Source: Yuukianura sp. NJ FZ-2021
Taxonomy: Eukaryota
Direction of reading: 5' to 3'
Assembly (NCBI GenBank): GCA_046563655.1
Contig: CM102284.1
Location: 2,046,001-2,110,000, forward strand
DNA length: 64,000 nt
A program made the translations under genes and the position numbers. Under the pieces are notes generated by a model. The model was not told the DNA's origin and searched no databases. It saw only the letters and a program-made list of their open reading frames with translations. Of this stretch, positions 1 through 12,322 are shown in pieces. Every line of letters starts with the position of its first letter. The stretch's first letter is position 1.

Positions 1-200
1 CTAACTGCGCACCAACTGCGCACCATCTGCGCACCATCTGCGCACTAACTGCGCACTAACTGCGCACAAATAGCGCACCAACTGCGCACTAACTGCGCAC
101 AAACTGCGCACAAACTGCGCACCAACTGCGCACCAACTGCGCGCCAACTGCGCACCAACTGCGCACTAACTGCGCACTAACTGCGCATAAACTGCGCACA
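1..200. repeat. 11-bp tandem repeat, consensus AACTGCGCAC(C/T), truncated by the window edge
   Basis: Directly visible run of aactgcgcacc / aactgcgcact / aactgcgcaca units. Confidence 0.95.
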
Positions 201-765
201 TAAACAATTTTCCAATTTGACATGTTGTTGAATTTAACAACAGTTTAATTTTCTTCGTGCAAGCTGTGCAATAAGTTCCGTATTTCATATTTCCGCTTTG
301 TATTTCGGTTTGAAATTACTCTATAATTCGAATTCTCAACTCAGGTTGTGTAGGAACAGGATTTCCTCCATAGTTTGAGTTGTTACCATGGAAACAAATT
401 TAGGGTGTGCAGGTTTTCGTGGCACTCTATAATTGTACAGGCATGCTACCCCATTTTTTTTAACATAAGAGTAGCAGCCTTGCGTGACCAGAAGCTCAAT
501 TACGACAATTTTGCTAAACGTTGCATTTCCCTTGAAAATTGGGCTACAAAGTTTTGGTGAAATATCAGGCTGGAAATTGGAAATAGTTGTTTTCAGTTGA
601 ACGTTGAACAAACGGGATTTTATGCGCGTGCATAAAAATGTTGTTTTTGTAAAAAGTCAATTAAAATTGTTATTTTGGAGTCTAGTTGTATACCTATGGC
701 GTTGTATTTTGGTTGGAATGTTTCTTGTGTCAGTTAACTAAGTTTAAACCAAAGTAGGCTAAAAA

Positions 766-2761
766 ATGGGTGCTGCGGTAATACTGACCTTGGCTTTAGC
801 TTTACATTCCTCAGCATCTATTGTTTCGTTTTCAACAAGTCTGGTACACGGATTTTGCAACTGTGACATTTTTGTCATTTTTGACCAGTCGGAACTCGGA
901 GTAGTAGAATTTGAAAAAGTCGACCAAGTTCCTATGTCACTGTTACAATTTGACAAACAGGACAACTTTTACCGTAGCATCGATGGACTCTATCGTCATC
1001 GCTACTCTCGTCGACTTCCTTGCCATCTAATTCTTTTTCAATTTTATCCAACAAAACCAGCAACAGAAAAGCTGGAAAAGGCTCTAAATTGGATGGTCAC
1101 ATGCCAGGTCAATCCCCGAGTGCTTCAGCTATGCTTTTGTCGTCATTCGTTGTCACATTTCATATGGATTCATTCCGAAGTGGATAAGGAACTATTAATG
1201 AATTTAATGCATCCACAAATCTTTCACATGCTTACGTTTCGTACACATTACGAAGTGCGAATCTCAACGTCAAAGGTCATCACGCTGTATCTTACAATCC
1301 GAGGTCCCTGCGACACTGCAATGATGGTCCAATTTTCATCAGATTTGGTGCAAACTCGGTTGATCCGAAAGTTTCTGGAAGAATTCCATCGTGTTACGGC
1401 CCACTCCAACTGTTACGACGAAGTCGAATTTTTCGGAACATTTAATGGATTCCGGAAGAGAGGATCCCAGTTTGGTCCACCGATGGATCAGTTTCTGCTA
1501 GACAATATTTTACCTAATGGAAATCACACTGATGATGCTGGAATGGCTCCATTTTCAAAATATATTTCAAAATTGATTAGGTTCAAGAGAAGCCCAGAGG
1601 AAGCCTTGGCACTACAGGAGAATGGAAATCTTATGACGACTCGCGTAAAAGCAGCCCACCCTACTACGGATGCTGTGTATTGGTGCGATGAAACAAAGTA
1701 CTTTGTTGTTATTGCAGATGTCGAATTTAACTTTTTATCTTGCGACAACAGTGAGTCTACCTCCTACTTGTCGTTTAAAGCCTACACAAAACCATTTGAC
1801 ACCAAAATTTGGATTTGCACACTCGCAGCTTGCTTGCTAATTACTCCAATTGTCAAGCTTTGGTTCATGTTCAAAAAGGAGCCACATTCTGCATGGCTCT
1901 TCGCGCCAATCATAATTTTTGAACAGGAACTCATCGTTTCTGGAAAAGTTAAAGGAAGCGGATTTTTCAAAATTTTTGTTGCTATAACTCTTGCTATATG
2001 GATTTGCGCAGTTGACAAACGACTACCGCTGTTATGTTACAACTGACTTGACCGCGCCAATGCCAAAAGAAACAATTCCCAAGGTTGATGATGCTTTGAC
2101 CTTGGGATTCAAAATACAATTTTATATGGAACAAAGTGTAGTGGACACGGTTGTTCAAAATGGAAAGCATCGCAGAAAGCTCTCCGCTCGTGAAATTGGG
2201 TTGGGATCTTTTCTATACAGAGTTCTGTACTGGGAATACGATCATCTCATGGACCCAAAGTACAAGAATTGGCTTAATCGACTGGATTTTGGTACTCCAG
2301 AAACAAATCCAGAATTAAGCTACGCTGATTATGTGTTGTCGGAATTTACAAAATGTAACAAAACTATTTACCTCCACGATAGTTCGAGGTTGAACGACTT
2401 TTATTTGAGAGCATATCGCAGAAATACTTCTGCTCAGATCTACTATGGACAAGAATCTGGATTTTTGAAGAAAAATATCTTCTGGGCTATTGGAGTAATG
2501 AGTGAAGACAGAGACAGGAAAATTTACTTGCGAATTCAATCAATCATTCATTCAGGAATTTTATATCATAAGTTCAATGGACGAACGGAAAAAATCTTTT
2601 TGGAAAACTTTTTTCAGCGCACCTTTAAATACGGTCCACTTGACTTGCAAAATTCGATAATCTCTTTATTTCCCATTTACGGAGGGTGCCTTTCGGCAGC
2701 ATTTTTGGCTCTAGTTTACGAAACTGGAAGACATTTCATATTTAAAATGTATTTTAAATAA
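766..2761 (+). pseudogene. Divergent ionotropic-receptor-like gene split by a frameshift near 1984-1996
   Basis: ORFs 766..2046 and 1991..2761 together align collinearly with the intact paralogue 4765..6762. There are 13 nt between GCT and TAT-GGA where the paralogue has 9 nt, a net +4. Confidence 0.75.
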
Positions 2762-3450
2762 ACCCTTGCACATAAATTTATCGAAGTGAAAAAAAATGGA
2801 AAATTGTTTCATTTAATTTTTACTCAAATACTTAAATTAGAGTTTTTTCTGTTTTCGTTTCATATTGCTAAAGCTAACAATCGTTTCCCAGAATCGATTT
2901 TATTACTGTATGCTTTAAAAGTCTAGACAGAATTTTATGAAATGGTCCGAAGCCATTTCCCTGTTTTTGAATTTTTTTTTTATTTTTTGTTGTTAAAATT
3001 TAAATTTATATCTTAGCATTAGTATTGACAGGTTGAGGCGTCATGCTAACGGCGTGTTTCTGACATGAGTTTTGAAGCAAAACTGTTTTTCAGTAAGGAC
3101 AGAGAATATTGTTAAAAAATTGTTTAAAAACAGACAACTTTCACGTGAAAAGTGGTGTGGAATTTTGATGCAGTTTGTTTTTCAACAAACAAAAATTTAC
3201 TTCAACTTGTGCATGTGCTGCATGTCATCTCCGTGACTCGCTACATACTTTCAAATTTTGGTTGGTAAAAACGCGGCCTTCAGAATAGAGTTTAACACAT
3301 TTGACTTAATTAATCCCCTTATAAAACCCGTTATAATAATTGTGCAATTAATACTATTACGTAATACGTTAATGCGCTAATTCAAATCTTCGAAAAAAAA
3401 GGCAAACCTGCAATAAGCTTTGTATATCTTCTTACGCGCAATGCATAGTA

Positions 3451-4413
3451 CAGAGGGTGTTCGGTCCTATTTTACACACTTGAGAAACCAGTCTCATTTG
3501 AATACGGGTAAAGTTTGATTAACTTTTTTTGGAGGGGTTCACTCTCAACCCCTTTCCAGACACTGTCAATTTTTTTGGAAGTGCCAACATACGTAATGCC
3601 TAAGCATTTAGCGCCGGAAGTGGTGGCATTGATAAAACTGTTTTCCAGAGGCAAAAATACACAAAAAGTTGATTTTTAAAAAACGGAAAAAAGTTATCTA
3701 TTTTGTTTCTGCCATAGAAGTAGGTATTTAGCCAGTTCTGTTAGACGAAATTGAATTTACAATTTTACGTGACGTCGTTTGCTTGAAATCTTAATTTAAA
3801 AAAACGCAAAATCGCAAAAATTCGCCTAAATTGCAAGTTTGGTGAATGGATTTTGGTGTTTTGCGCTTGGACAACTGCCGACGTTTTTTCTGTACCTCAA
3901 ACGTCTCCAAATTCAAAAACTAGGCTTCTGCAACTCGTGGACGATATTTATGACCCTTTGTTTCAACGAAATCAGACCTCGTTTAACTTCAGCAGGCTCG
4001 ACGAAATTTTTTCTCCAAAATTTTTCCCGTGATCACGACATCACAACAATTAACGCAGTACACTTGGGTTTTGGAAAAAAAACAAGATGTCAAGGTCACT
4101 CCCAATTTGGAAGTGTCTGTTGAAAGCCCTGGCCTACTTACAATTCAATTTTTTAGCTTTGGAGTACGTGAAACACGACCTTGTTGTCAAAAACTCAAAA
4201 CTTAAAATAGGTTTTGGAAACTTTTTTTTTGAGAGGGTAATCTGATATCCTCTAAAACTTGTCGAAACGTTTCCAAAACGTAGACCCTGACACTTCAATT
4301 ACATAGCAAACTGGTTGATGAACAAACTGAGAGCAAAAAATAAATTGAAATACGTAAATTTTCTAAGAAATAAATTTTTGAAAAGTGTGTAAAATAGGAC
4401 CGAACACCCTCTG
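3451..4413. mobile_element. Non-autonomous Tc1/mariner-type DNA element
   Basis: 31-bp perfect terminal inverted repeat CAGAGGGTGTTCGGTCCTATTTTACACACTT at 3451-3481 and 4383-4413. TA flanks both ends. No transposase ORF is present. Confidence 0.9.
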
Positions 4414-4764
4414 TAAATCTTAATAAAAACATAAAAGACATATACGATAATCGTTGTGTAACATGAAACTATGCTTGCAAGACTTGAATACTAATTATAG
4501 TCAATTTTGCTAAGCGTTGCGCTTTGCCTGGAAAATTTTTGAAGGATAAGGCGGAGAAAAATATAGGATTGGAAATATGTAATTCGTCCTGAAATGCTCT
4601 ACGATCAGGATGTTCGTTGCATGCATGAAAGTTTTACTTTTGGTAAATGTCAGAACAAAAATTGCTAACTTGGGTGAATATAAATAAATACATAAGCTCT
4701 GCCATTTCGGTTTGCAACATTTCTGTAGTGTTTGTAAAGTAAGCAAAAATATACTAGCTGAACA

Positions 4765-6762
4765 ATGGGTCCTATTGTACTGCTGATATTAGTTTTAGCT
4801 GTACTATTGTCAGCATCTATTGTTCCATTTTCAACAATCCTGGTACAAGAATTTGCCAACTGTGACATTTTTGTCATTTTTGATCAGCCGCAGATAGGAG
4901 TTGTGGAATTTGAAAAAATCGATAGAGTTCCAATGTCACTTCTCCATTACAGCCACAATTATTTCAAAAAGAAAAAGTTTGACTCATGCGTCGCAGGACT
5001 TGAACGTCATCGCTACTCCCGTAGATTCCGCTGCCATCTAATCCTGTTCCAAGTGAACCCAGAACTAACAGACCCTGGAAGCGTTGATATCGCTCGGAAG
5101 TGGATTGCCAAATGCGACTGCCACGATACCAGTCCTGACCCATGCTTTTGTCGTACTTCGCAGTCGCATTTCATTTGGATTCATTCCATAAAAGCAACGC
5201 ACCCGCTTGTACAGTCGGCTCAAACACATTATGAAGTTCAAATAGACATGTCAAATGTCAAGGTCATCACGGTTTACCTTGAAATCAAGCGTCCTTGTGA
5301 GACTATAATGATGGTCCAATTTTCTTCAGAAATGACAAAGACTCAATCGATTCGACAGTTCCTGGAAGAACTCCATCGTGTTACGGCGTACTCCAAATGT
5401 TACGACGAAATTATAGTTGAAGGGCTACCGAGTAACTACAGGAAGAGGGGATCCAGTGATGGTCATCCTCTTGACAACTTTCTGTTAGACAATATTTTAC
5501 CAAATGGTAACAACACTAACGCAGGCATGGCTTCGTTTTCAAAATTTGTTTCAAAATTGGAGCGCATTCGGGAAACGCGTGGACCTTCTGAACATAATGG
5601 CGAAAATGCCGCTCGAGTATTAGGAAAGCAACTTGTCGCAGAAGCTGTACATGTTGGAGTAACGTACTTCGTTCTTGTTAGTGACATTGAATTTAACTTT
5701 TTGTCTTGCGATAACAACCAGTCCATTTCCTACCTGCCATTCAAAGCGTACATACAACCGTTTGACTCCAAAACTTGGATTTGCACACTAGCCGCCATTT
5801 TGTCAATTTGTCCAATTGTCAAACTTTGGTTCATGTTCAAAAAAGAGCCTCATTCTGCTTGGCTCTTTACACCAATCATAATTTTTGAACAAGAACTTAT
5901 CATTTCTGGAAAAGTTGGAAGAAGCGGACTTTTCAAAATTTTTCTTGCTACCTTTCTGTTTGGGTTTGTGCAATTGACAAACGACTACCGCTGTTATGTT
6001 ACAACTGACTTGACGGCGCCCATGCCAAAAGATACAATTCCAAAGGTAGATGATGCTGTGAGCTTGGGATTCATAATTCAATTTGATCTGGATAAGAACG
6101 TACTCGCTACCATTACTAAGATAAAGAAAGTACTAGATTCAAGCGCGTATGCACAAATTACAAAAGAAACTGTTATGCGCAAAATTCTTGAGCAGGAAAG
6201 TATGAATGCCTCGAATGAAAAATACTACAGGAAATGGATAGAACAAATGGATAAGAATTTCCCAGATTCAAACTATGCAGAATATGTCGTGTCGGAATTT
6301 ACAAAATGCAACAAAACTATTTTCCTCCACGACAGTTCGCAGCTGAACGACTTCTATTTGCGGGCATTTCGTAAAAATTCTTCAGTTGATATCTACTACG
6401 GACAAGAATCTGGACTTTTAAAGAGAAATTTTTTCTGGGGTATTGGAATGATGAATGAAGACCGAGATGGAAAAATTTACCGCCGAATTCAATCACTCAT
6501 ACACTCCGGAATTGTGTATCACAGGTTCAGCGGACGAACAGAAAAAATGTATTTGGAAAATTTTTTTCATCGCACGTTCAAATATGCTCCACTCGATTTA
6601 CAAAATTCAATCATTTCCTTATTTCCAATCTACGGAGGGTGCCTTTCGGCAGCATTTTTGGCTCTAGTCTGGGAAGCTGGACGGCATTTCATTTCTAAGT
6701 TGATTAGCAAATATTCAGGATTTTTCCGATTTTTATTTCAAACGAAGATGACTATAAAGTAG
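4765..6762 (+). CDS. Divergent ionotropic receptor (IR)-like membrane protein, single exon, 665 aa
   Basis: Signal peptide; pre-M1 'FNFLSC...YIQPFDSKTWICTL'; a degenerate M3 'LTNDYRCYVTTDLTAP'; 'QSLIHSGI' and a C-terminal TM ending '..LVWE'. This matches the topology of divergent arthropod IRs. Confidence 0.7.
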   Translation: MGPIVLLILVLAVLLSASIVPFSTILVQEFANCDIFVIFDQPQIGVVEFEKIDRVPMSLLHYSHNYFKKKKFDSCVAGLERHRYSRRFRCHLILFQVNPELTDPGSVDIARKWIAKCDCHDTSPDPCFCRTSQSHFIWIHSIKATHPLVQSAQTHYEVQIDMSNVKVITVYLEIKRPCETIMMVQFSSEMTKTQSIRQFLEELHRVTAYSKCYDEIIVEGLPSNYRKRGSSDGHPLDNFLLDNILPNGNNTNAGMASFSKFVSKLERIRETRGPSEHNGENAARVLGKQLVAEAVHVGVTYFVLVSDIEFNFLSCDNNQSISYLPFKAYIQPFDSKTWICTLAAILSICPIVKLWFMFKKEPHSAWLFTPIIIFEQELIISGKVGRSGLFKIFLATFLFGFVQLTNDYRCYVTTDLTAPMPKDTIPKVDDAVSLGFIIQFDLDKNVLATITKIKKVLDSSAYAQITKETVMRKILEQESMNASNEKYYRKWIEQMDKNFPDSNYAEYVVSEFTKCNKTIFLHDSSQLNDFYLRAFRKNSSVDIYYGQESGLLKRNFFWGIGMMNEDRDGKIYRRIQSLIHSGIVYHRFSGRTEKMYLENFFHRTFKYAPLDLQNSIISLFPIYGGCLSAAFLALVWEAGRHFISKLISKYSGFFRFLFQTKMTIK

Positions 6763-6864
6763 GCACCGACACAGTAACTTATCCATATAGGGAAAAAATT
6801 AAATCAAAGTTTAACGTTGTGAGGACCGGTAATACCAAACACCTATACGTAATAAGATCCCAAG

Positions 6865-7249
6865 CAGTGTTGCTGGACAGTTAAACGTCCAGTGGCTTAA
6901 TTGCGACTTCACTGGACAACCACTGGAAGAAATGCACCCGAAATGGATGAAACTTTGTGCATGGAAGAAACTAAGAATTTAGCGCAAAATGCAAAAAATT
7001 TCAGATTTAAAATTACAAAGTAATATCAAAAAAAAAGTATTCTTTCATCGTCAAAATTAATTATTTATTTAGAACTCATACAAAAACGATATTTACTTTG
7101 CTTTTGTACCGTATGAGCTTTTTGTTTTAATTAATTCAAGCCCCGCGGGCAAAGCTCCGACCCTTTGGATTCATCCGTTTCGTCCATTTTCTCCACTGCA
7201 TATCCAGCCATGGACGAAATTTCGAAAAAGTGCATATCCAGCAACACTG
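6865..7249. mobile_element. hAT-type MITE
   Basis: 13-bp TIR CAGTGTTGCTGGA / TCCAGCAACACTG and an 8-bp target-site duplication ATCCCAAG at 6857-6864 and 7250-7257. Confidence 0.9.
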
Positions 7250-7577
7250 ATCCCAAGGCACTGGAGAGAATGTAGTTCAGGTTTAATTTAATTTATTCGA
7301 AGTAATTTAAAAACTATATGTTCCTCTTCCTGCACACTGTTCAATTAACTTTGTACATATTAAAAAATTTGCGCATAATCCCGATATTATGTATTGGCAG
7401 TGACAAATGTTCTGTTAAAATAAATTGGGGATGCAGCCAGTTGCTCTCTGCTACTCTCTAAGCAACAACAAAAGTTCTACAGTCCAAGATGGTTCAAGCG
7501 TCGTCATGTGACTTCGTTTTCGTACTTTCTATAAAAATCTCATTTGAGATATGGGTTTTCATTCTTCGTTTGTTAAC

Positions 7578-10500
7578 CTATGCTGCTGGTATAGAGGTAT
7601 TCCGTACCAACCGGAATCCAATGAATGCGTACTCGTAGTTCCCTTGGTACCAGTTTCTGAAGCTGCGACGTTCTGCAATCTTTGGATGTGTAGCCCAAGA
7701 AGCTCCAAGGCAAACGTAGTGGTTCCCTTCAAAAAAGTCGGAAGAGTATCCCGGGTAGATTTGGGAAGTGACGTACCCGGAACTCAGCGGTCCGAATTTC
7801 GTGTTCGTCCAATCCCAAAGTGCTCCTGGCCCTTGAAACTCCGTCCACTCGGTATTATCTACCGGATGTTCTGACAGAGACGGTTGAGGGTACCATGCTC
7901 TGAAACCGTAGTTGCAGTTCAGCAAACCGTTGACTGAACTGCTTTTCAGCTTGAACGTAACTGCCAATTGTTCTTCGGTAGGAAGGGAGTAGGTGGTGCC
8001 TTGTGGATCAATCCAGGAAATGTAAGCAAGGGCCTCCTTTCTGGAGCACGAAACTGACCAATTTTTGGCCACGGACATTTCAACGGCGCCAAAAACGGAC
8101 CGAATAGTGATCTTGTCGCCGTCAATTTGCCAAGATTTCGGGTAATTTTTGTTCCCGGTTGACTGAAGAAACTTGAGATACTCTGCATTTGTCACCTAAA
8201 AATTAAAAACTACATTTAAAGAAATTCAATTTTTTTTACAACAAATTCGTTCAGAAAATGTTTCCAATCATTCTTGTTTTTGAAAAAGAATTAGTACTCA
8301 ATGTAAATTTCGCTTACTTGGCGCGTTTGAATTTGAAATGGGTCCATTTTGCCACATTTAACACTGGGATGTTCGTTGTCCCACCCAAAGGGAGTGGTCA
8401 AATCGGTCCAGTTTTGGTCATCTTCCAGCTCAGGGTCATTGTGTCCAAGAGTCAAAAGAGAATCCAAAATAGCCGACGGGTTGACAGTAATCCAGGATGC
8501 ATCAGTTGCTGGTTCCTTCTGCGCAGACTCTCCTTCTAGCCATGGGCATCTGATGCCTGTTGGTCGATTAGTCAGATTCGACTGAACGAGCATGTAGAGA
8601 ATGGTTTCCAAATGCATTGCCTGATGCTCAAAAGTCATGAACAAAATTCTGGCGCGTCTGCGCGTGAGGTCTTTGTTGTTCATGAGAAGGCAGTCGAGTC
8701 GTTTCCGAACTTCATTTCTATAAGTGATGATGTCTGGTAAAGCGGGCCAACTTTCAGGCACTTTGGAGTGCTCGTGACACTTTGTCGGATTTTCCACTTC
8801 GGGGTCAATGCCCCTCTCGAAAATTTCGGTAAAGTAGGCCGGTTCGGTTGGTGCAAGATCAAATGCCCTTGATAGTTGAATATCCAGAAAAGCCGGAATG
8901 TGTCCAATGTAAAAGATGAAGGGATGACGAAGATCAATTGGTTTTTCAAGAAGCATATCTGGATGACGAATCATGTCCATTGTCACGAGATCCCAAGCAG
9001 CCCATAATTCATTCCAATCTTCACTCGTAGGAATTGCCAATCCTGTTCGGTTTTCTCCAGCAGTTGTTCGGCTCCAGTCGAATTCAATCGGAAGACATGG
9101 CTGGAAAAACGGAACTTTGCGAAGCATGAACAAGTCGTAACGCTTGCTGGGGCTGGGCCACTGCCCAATTTTTGCCATTTTCGTGTCTTGGAACAACTTG
9201 GACGATTCTGCCAGCGACCACTTGTATGAGTACTCCACATTGATAAGTTCATCCTTCACGACGGAAATCTTCGTTATGTTTCCAGTAGCAGTTTCATAAA
9301 GCATGTCATGTGACTCCAGTACTTTGTAGTAAGCCTCATGCCTTCCAATGTCTTCATTGTATCTTTAAAAGAAAATTTTTTTTTTGCTTTTCGATTAAAA
9401 ACGTTTTCTTATTAAGAAGAACCTCAGTATTTTTTTGAATTTCTTACCTGCCAAAGTAATCGAACTTTGAGTAATCGAACAGCTGTTGGCCAACGACGGT
9501 ATTGACATGATGAAGCCCGTTCATAATAAATTCACGCGTGACACTGGCAGGATCGTTGTACGCAAGTGTAATGTCTTCTGCTGCGTTTCGTCGATCGATT
9601 CCAATAAGCCAGTTATCTCCGACGTTTAGTTTGGATCGATAAGAAGAAATGAATTCCGTAGCCTCTGACCTTGTCATGTTCCCAATAGAAGATCCCAACC
9701 AAAGCAACGTTTTGGGAACGTCAGCTGGAAATGAACCGATGAAGGCCATGCCCTCGTCGTAAGTGCCCCATAACCCAGCAGTCGTCACGTTTGTGTACCC
9801 ACCAAGGTTGACCAAGCTCTAATTTTAAAAAACTCAATTTTTTTTTCTAATTTTAGAGTTTATCTTAACTTAATCTGGTTTTGTCTAACCTTTTTGAGCT
9901 CATCTCGCATCAAGTCAAGAGCATAGTACCGGATATTCTTTCGCCTTCTCTCCAACGCATCCAGTAGAACACGCGTCTTTCTCAGTGACCTGGAAAAGTT
10001 CAATCAGAAAGTATACTTATTAAGATATCAGACTTCTCATTTGTTAAGATATGTTATTTATGGATTTCATTTATCATGTGGAATATTCCGTCACAGCAGG
10101 TTTGTAAGATATGTCACATGTCACCAATGTTCCGTGAAAATGCCTTTTTTAAAGGAGACGCTTTGCGTTTTTTTTTTTTTTACAAATTAAGGGAATTAAC
10201 AACTTTACTTTTTTTTGCTTCAAAAGCAAAAATACTGCTGTGAAAGGACTGCTGGCTTGCATTCCTTTAGCCCAAGTTACCGAATCCATGTAAATTTAAC
10301 AAATTACACATCCATTTATATTTGTTAGATTTACGTAGATAATGCCATTATTAGTTAGTTTTACCTACAAAAATGTAAAATTTACCGTAAAAAGCTAATT
10401 AATTGATAACTTTTAAAACAGCAGTAAAAAGTAAAAACCAGACATCACGTAATCCGATGCTCTCTCGTTTTACTTAAAATGCAAAAAAAATGAAAGCTAA

Positions 10501-11488
10501 AGAAAGCATTTGCTTTCAAGAGCCTCGGAACACTGGTTGTAACTAACCCAGATCCCAATTCGACAACAACGCTGTTATCCGGGATGGAGTCTACGATGTT
10601 ATCACTGTCCTGGACGAGGATATCGATTTCTTCCTGGACCAAGTAGTACTCTTCCAAGTAGGTGATGCGATCATAGATTTGGAGTCCTTTATCATCATAC
10701 AGAACTACAGTTGGAATGACCTTGGGTTGCCCGTCTGCTGGAGTCAAGCCACTGATTATGTCAGACGTAAGTCGAACATTATGACCTGTGTCGTCATCAA
10801 CCCCTCCTCCTTGGCCTTCCCCCTCAAGATGGCATGGAGCTTCTAGGTCTGGCTTGACCGTGACCTCTGACCTGGCTTCTACATGTGTGTGAGAGATTCC
10901 CTCGTTGCTATCAGATGGTGCGGAACAGGGACTCTGGTCGTTCCAGGCAAACGGAGGCGTGGTGGGTCGGTTGCGTCGAATGTCGATGATGGTGGGGGAG
11001 TAGGTTTTGGTGGAGCAAGGAGAGCGTCCCATGGTGGAGAAGCAAAGAAAAGAAGAGTGGTCTGTAATTTCAAAAATACAGAAATTACAAATGAATTTAA
11101 GTTTTGACTTTTTGGAATCACAACTTCTAAGAAACTGATTTATAGCTTCGATGAAAAAAAAAATGTAAAAGTAAACACTGTCATTTGAGTCGCTACATTT
11201 GTATTGCTTTGCTGGTTGCAAAAATTATTTTACATGCATCTACTTGTAATTTGAGAGCAGAAAAAGAATGACACAAAAAATCACCTTTGACTTTTCCCCC
11301 CATCCATCCCTAAAAATAACCGAAAATGAAAGCAAAGCAAGCGTTATTTGATAAATTTTTTCTTAAGAAAATTTTTTGAGAGAAAAAAAAACTAACAACC
11401 AAGATCAGAATTCGTTTCTGAAAAAGTGGTTAAATATCGAATTTCAAAGGTTCAAAATTCACTGACCTGTTGGCGTAAGAACTTCCAT
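7578..11488 (-). CDS. egt1: Fungal-type ergothioneine biosynthesis protein 1 (histidine trimethylase EgtD domain + DinB_2/FGE-sulfatase sulfoxide synthase EgtB domain), 889 aa as spliced
   Basis: Exons 11488-11467, 11061-10548, 9989-9890, 9818-9448, 9362-8318 and 8195-7578 are joined by GT-AG introns and stay in frame (2670 nt). Motifs: PTVVLYDDKGLQIYDRITYLEEYY, ELGSGSLRKT..YYALDL, LWLGSSIGN, AYNDPASVTREFIMNGL, PIDLRHPFIFYIGH, FERGIDP, HQAMHLE, FGWDNE, GASWATHP..SFRNWYQ..GFR. An alternative start ATG lies at 11032. Confidence 0.93.
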
Positions 11489-12322
11489 TTTGCAGAGGTA
11501 TTGCCAAGATAATCGCTCCTCTTGTGCTGTTTTACGCAGAAGCGTTAATGATGTTAAGTTAGGTTATGAGTGTCGTTGGCGAAGTGACAAGTGAAACTGA
11601 AAAACGCACGCACCGGGACAGCGATTTTGGATTCTGACAAATTGTAACACAATTTATGGCTTTGCCGATTATTAGGAAAAGAAGAGGCAGTGCGATGCGG
11701 TTCAAGGCTGTTCAGTTTTAAATTTGGGCCATTTGGAAAAGTACAAAATCTACAAAAGTAAATGAATTATAATTATCAAGAGGACTCATATACAGACAAA
11801 CAGGAGCACAAGAACACGGGATATCTGTGATGTAAAATGGAAAGAAAGTCAGACCTTTGACCTTGAGTTGCAAAATCGATCCACAGCTTGAGAATAGAAG
11901 ACCAGAAAGAAGGCGTTCAATCCATAAACTCACGAACTGTAGCAAAGTAAGGACACACATAAGGACACACAGCAATCACTCAGAAAAACCTGGAATGAAT
12001 TTTTTTTTCAAAAGCTCGAACATTTTTTTAACAGTTGTAAACGACTTTATGAAATTAAGACACGAATTGATATGGAAATCCGAATTTCAAATTCGATGAA
12101 AGTTTCACAACTTCTTCAACTCCACGCAGAGGATCAGGCACGAGCTGAAAAAAAAACTGAAAAAAAATTATAAGTTTCCAGGCAGAAAAAAACTATGCCA
12201 ACTAATTTACTGGTCTAAATTCTGCACCTAATCAATGAGGCGAATTAGTTCATGAATTAATTAGTAATTTAGAAACCCAACAGTACAACAAAGTGAATAA
12301 GAAAACGTACTTGGCTTAGTTT

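Noticed and set aside
3472-4123. Transposase ORFs inside the Tc1-like element
   Set aside because: The ORFs are short and show no HTH or DDE/D motifs, so the element is non-autonomous.
7578-11488. Bacterial egtB/egtD operon, or ovothiol synthase OvoA
   Set aside because: It is a single spliced gene with an N-terminal EgtD-type methyltransferase. OvoA, which animals do have, carries its methyltransferase at the C-terminus.
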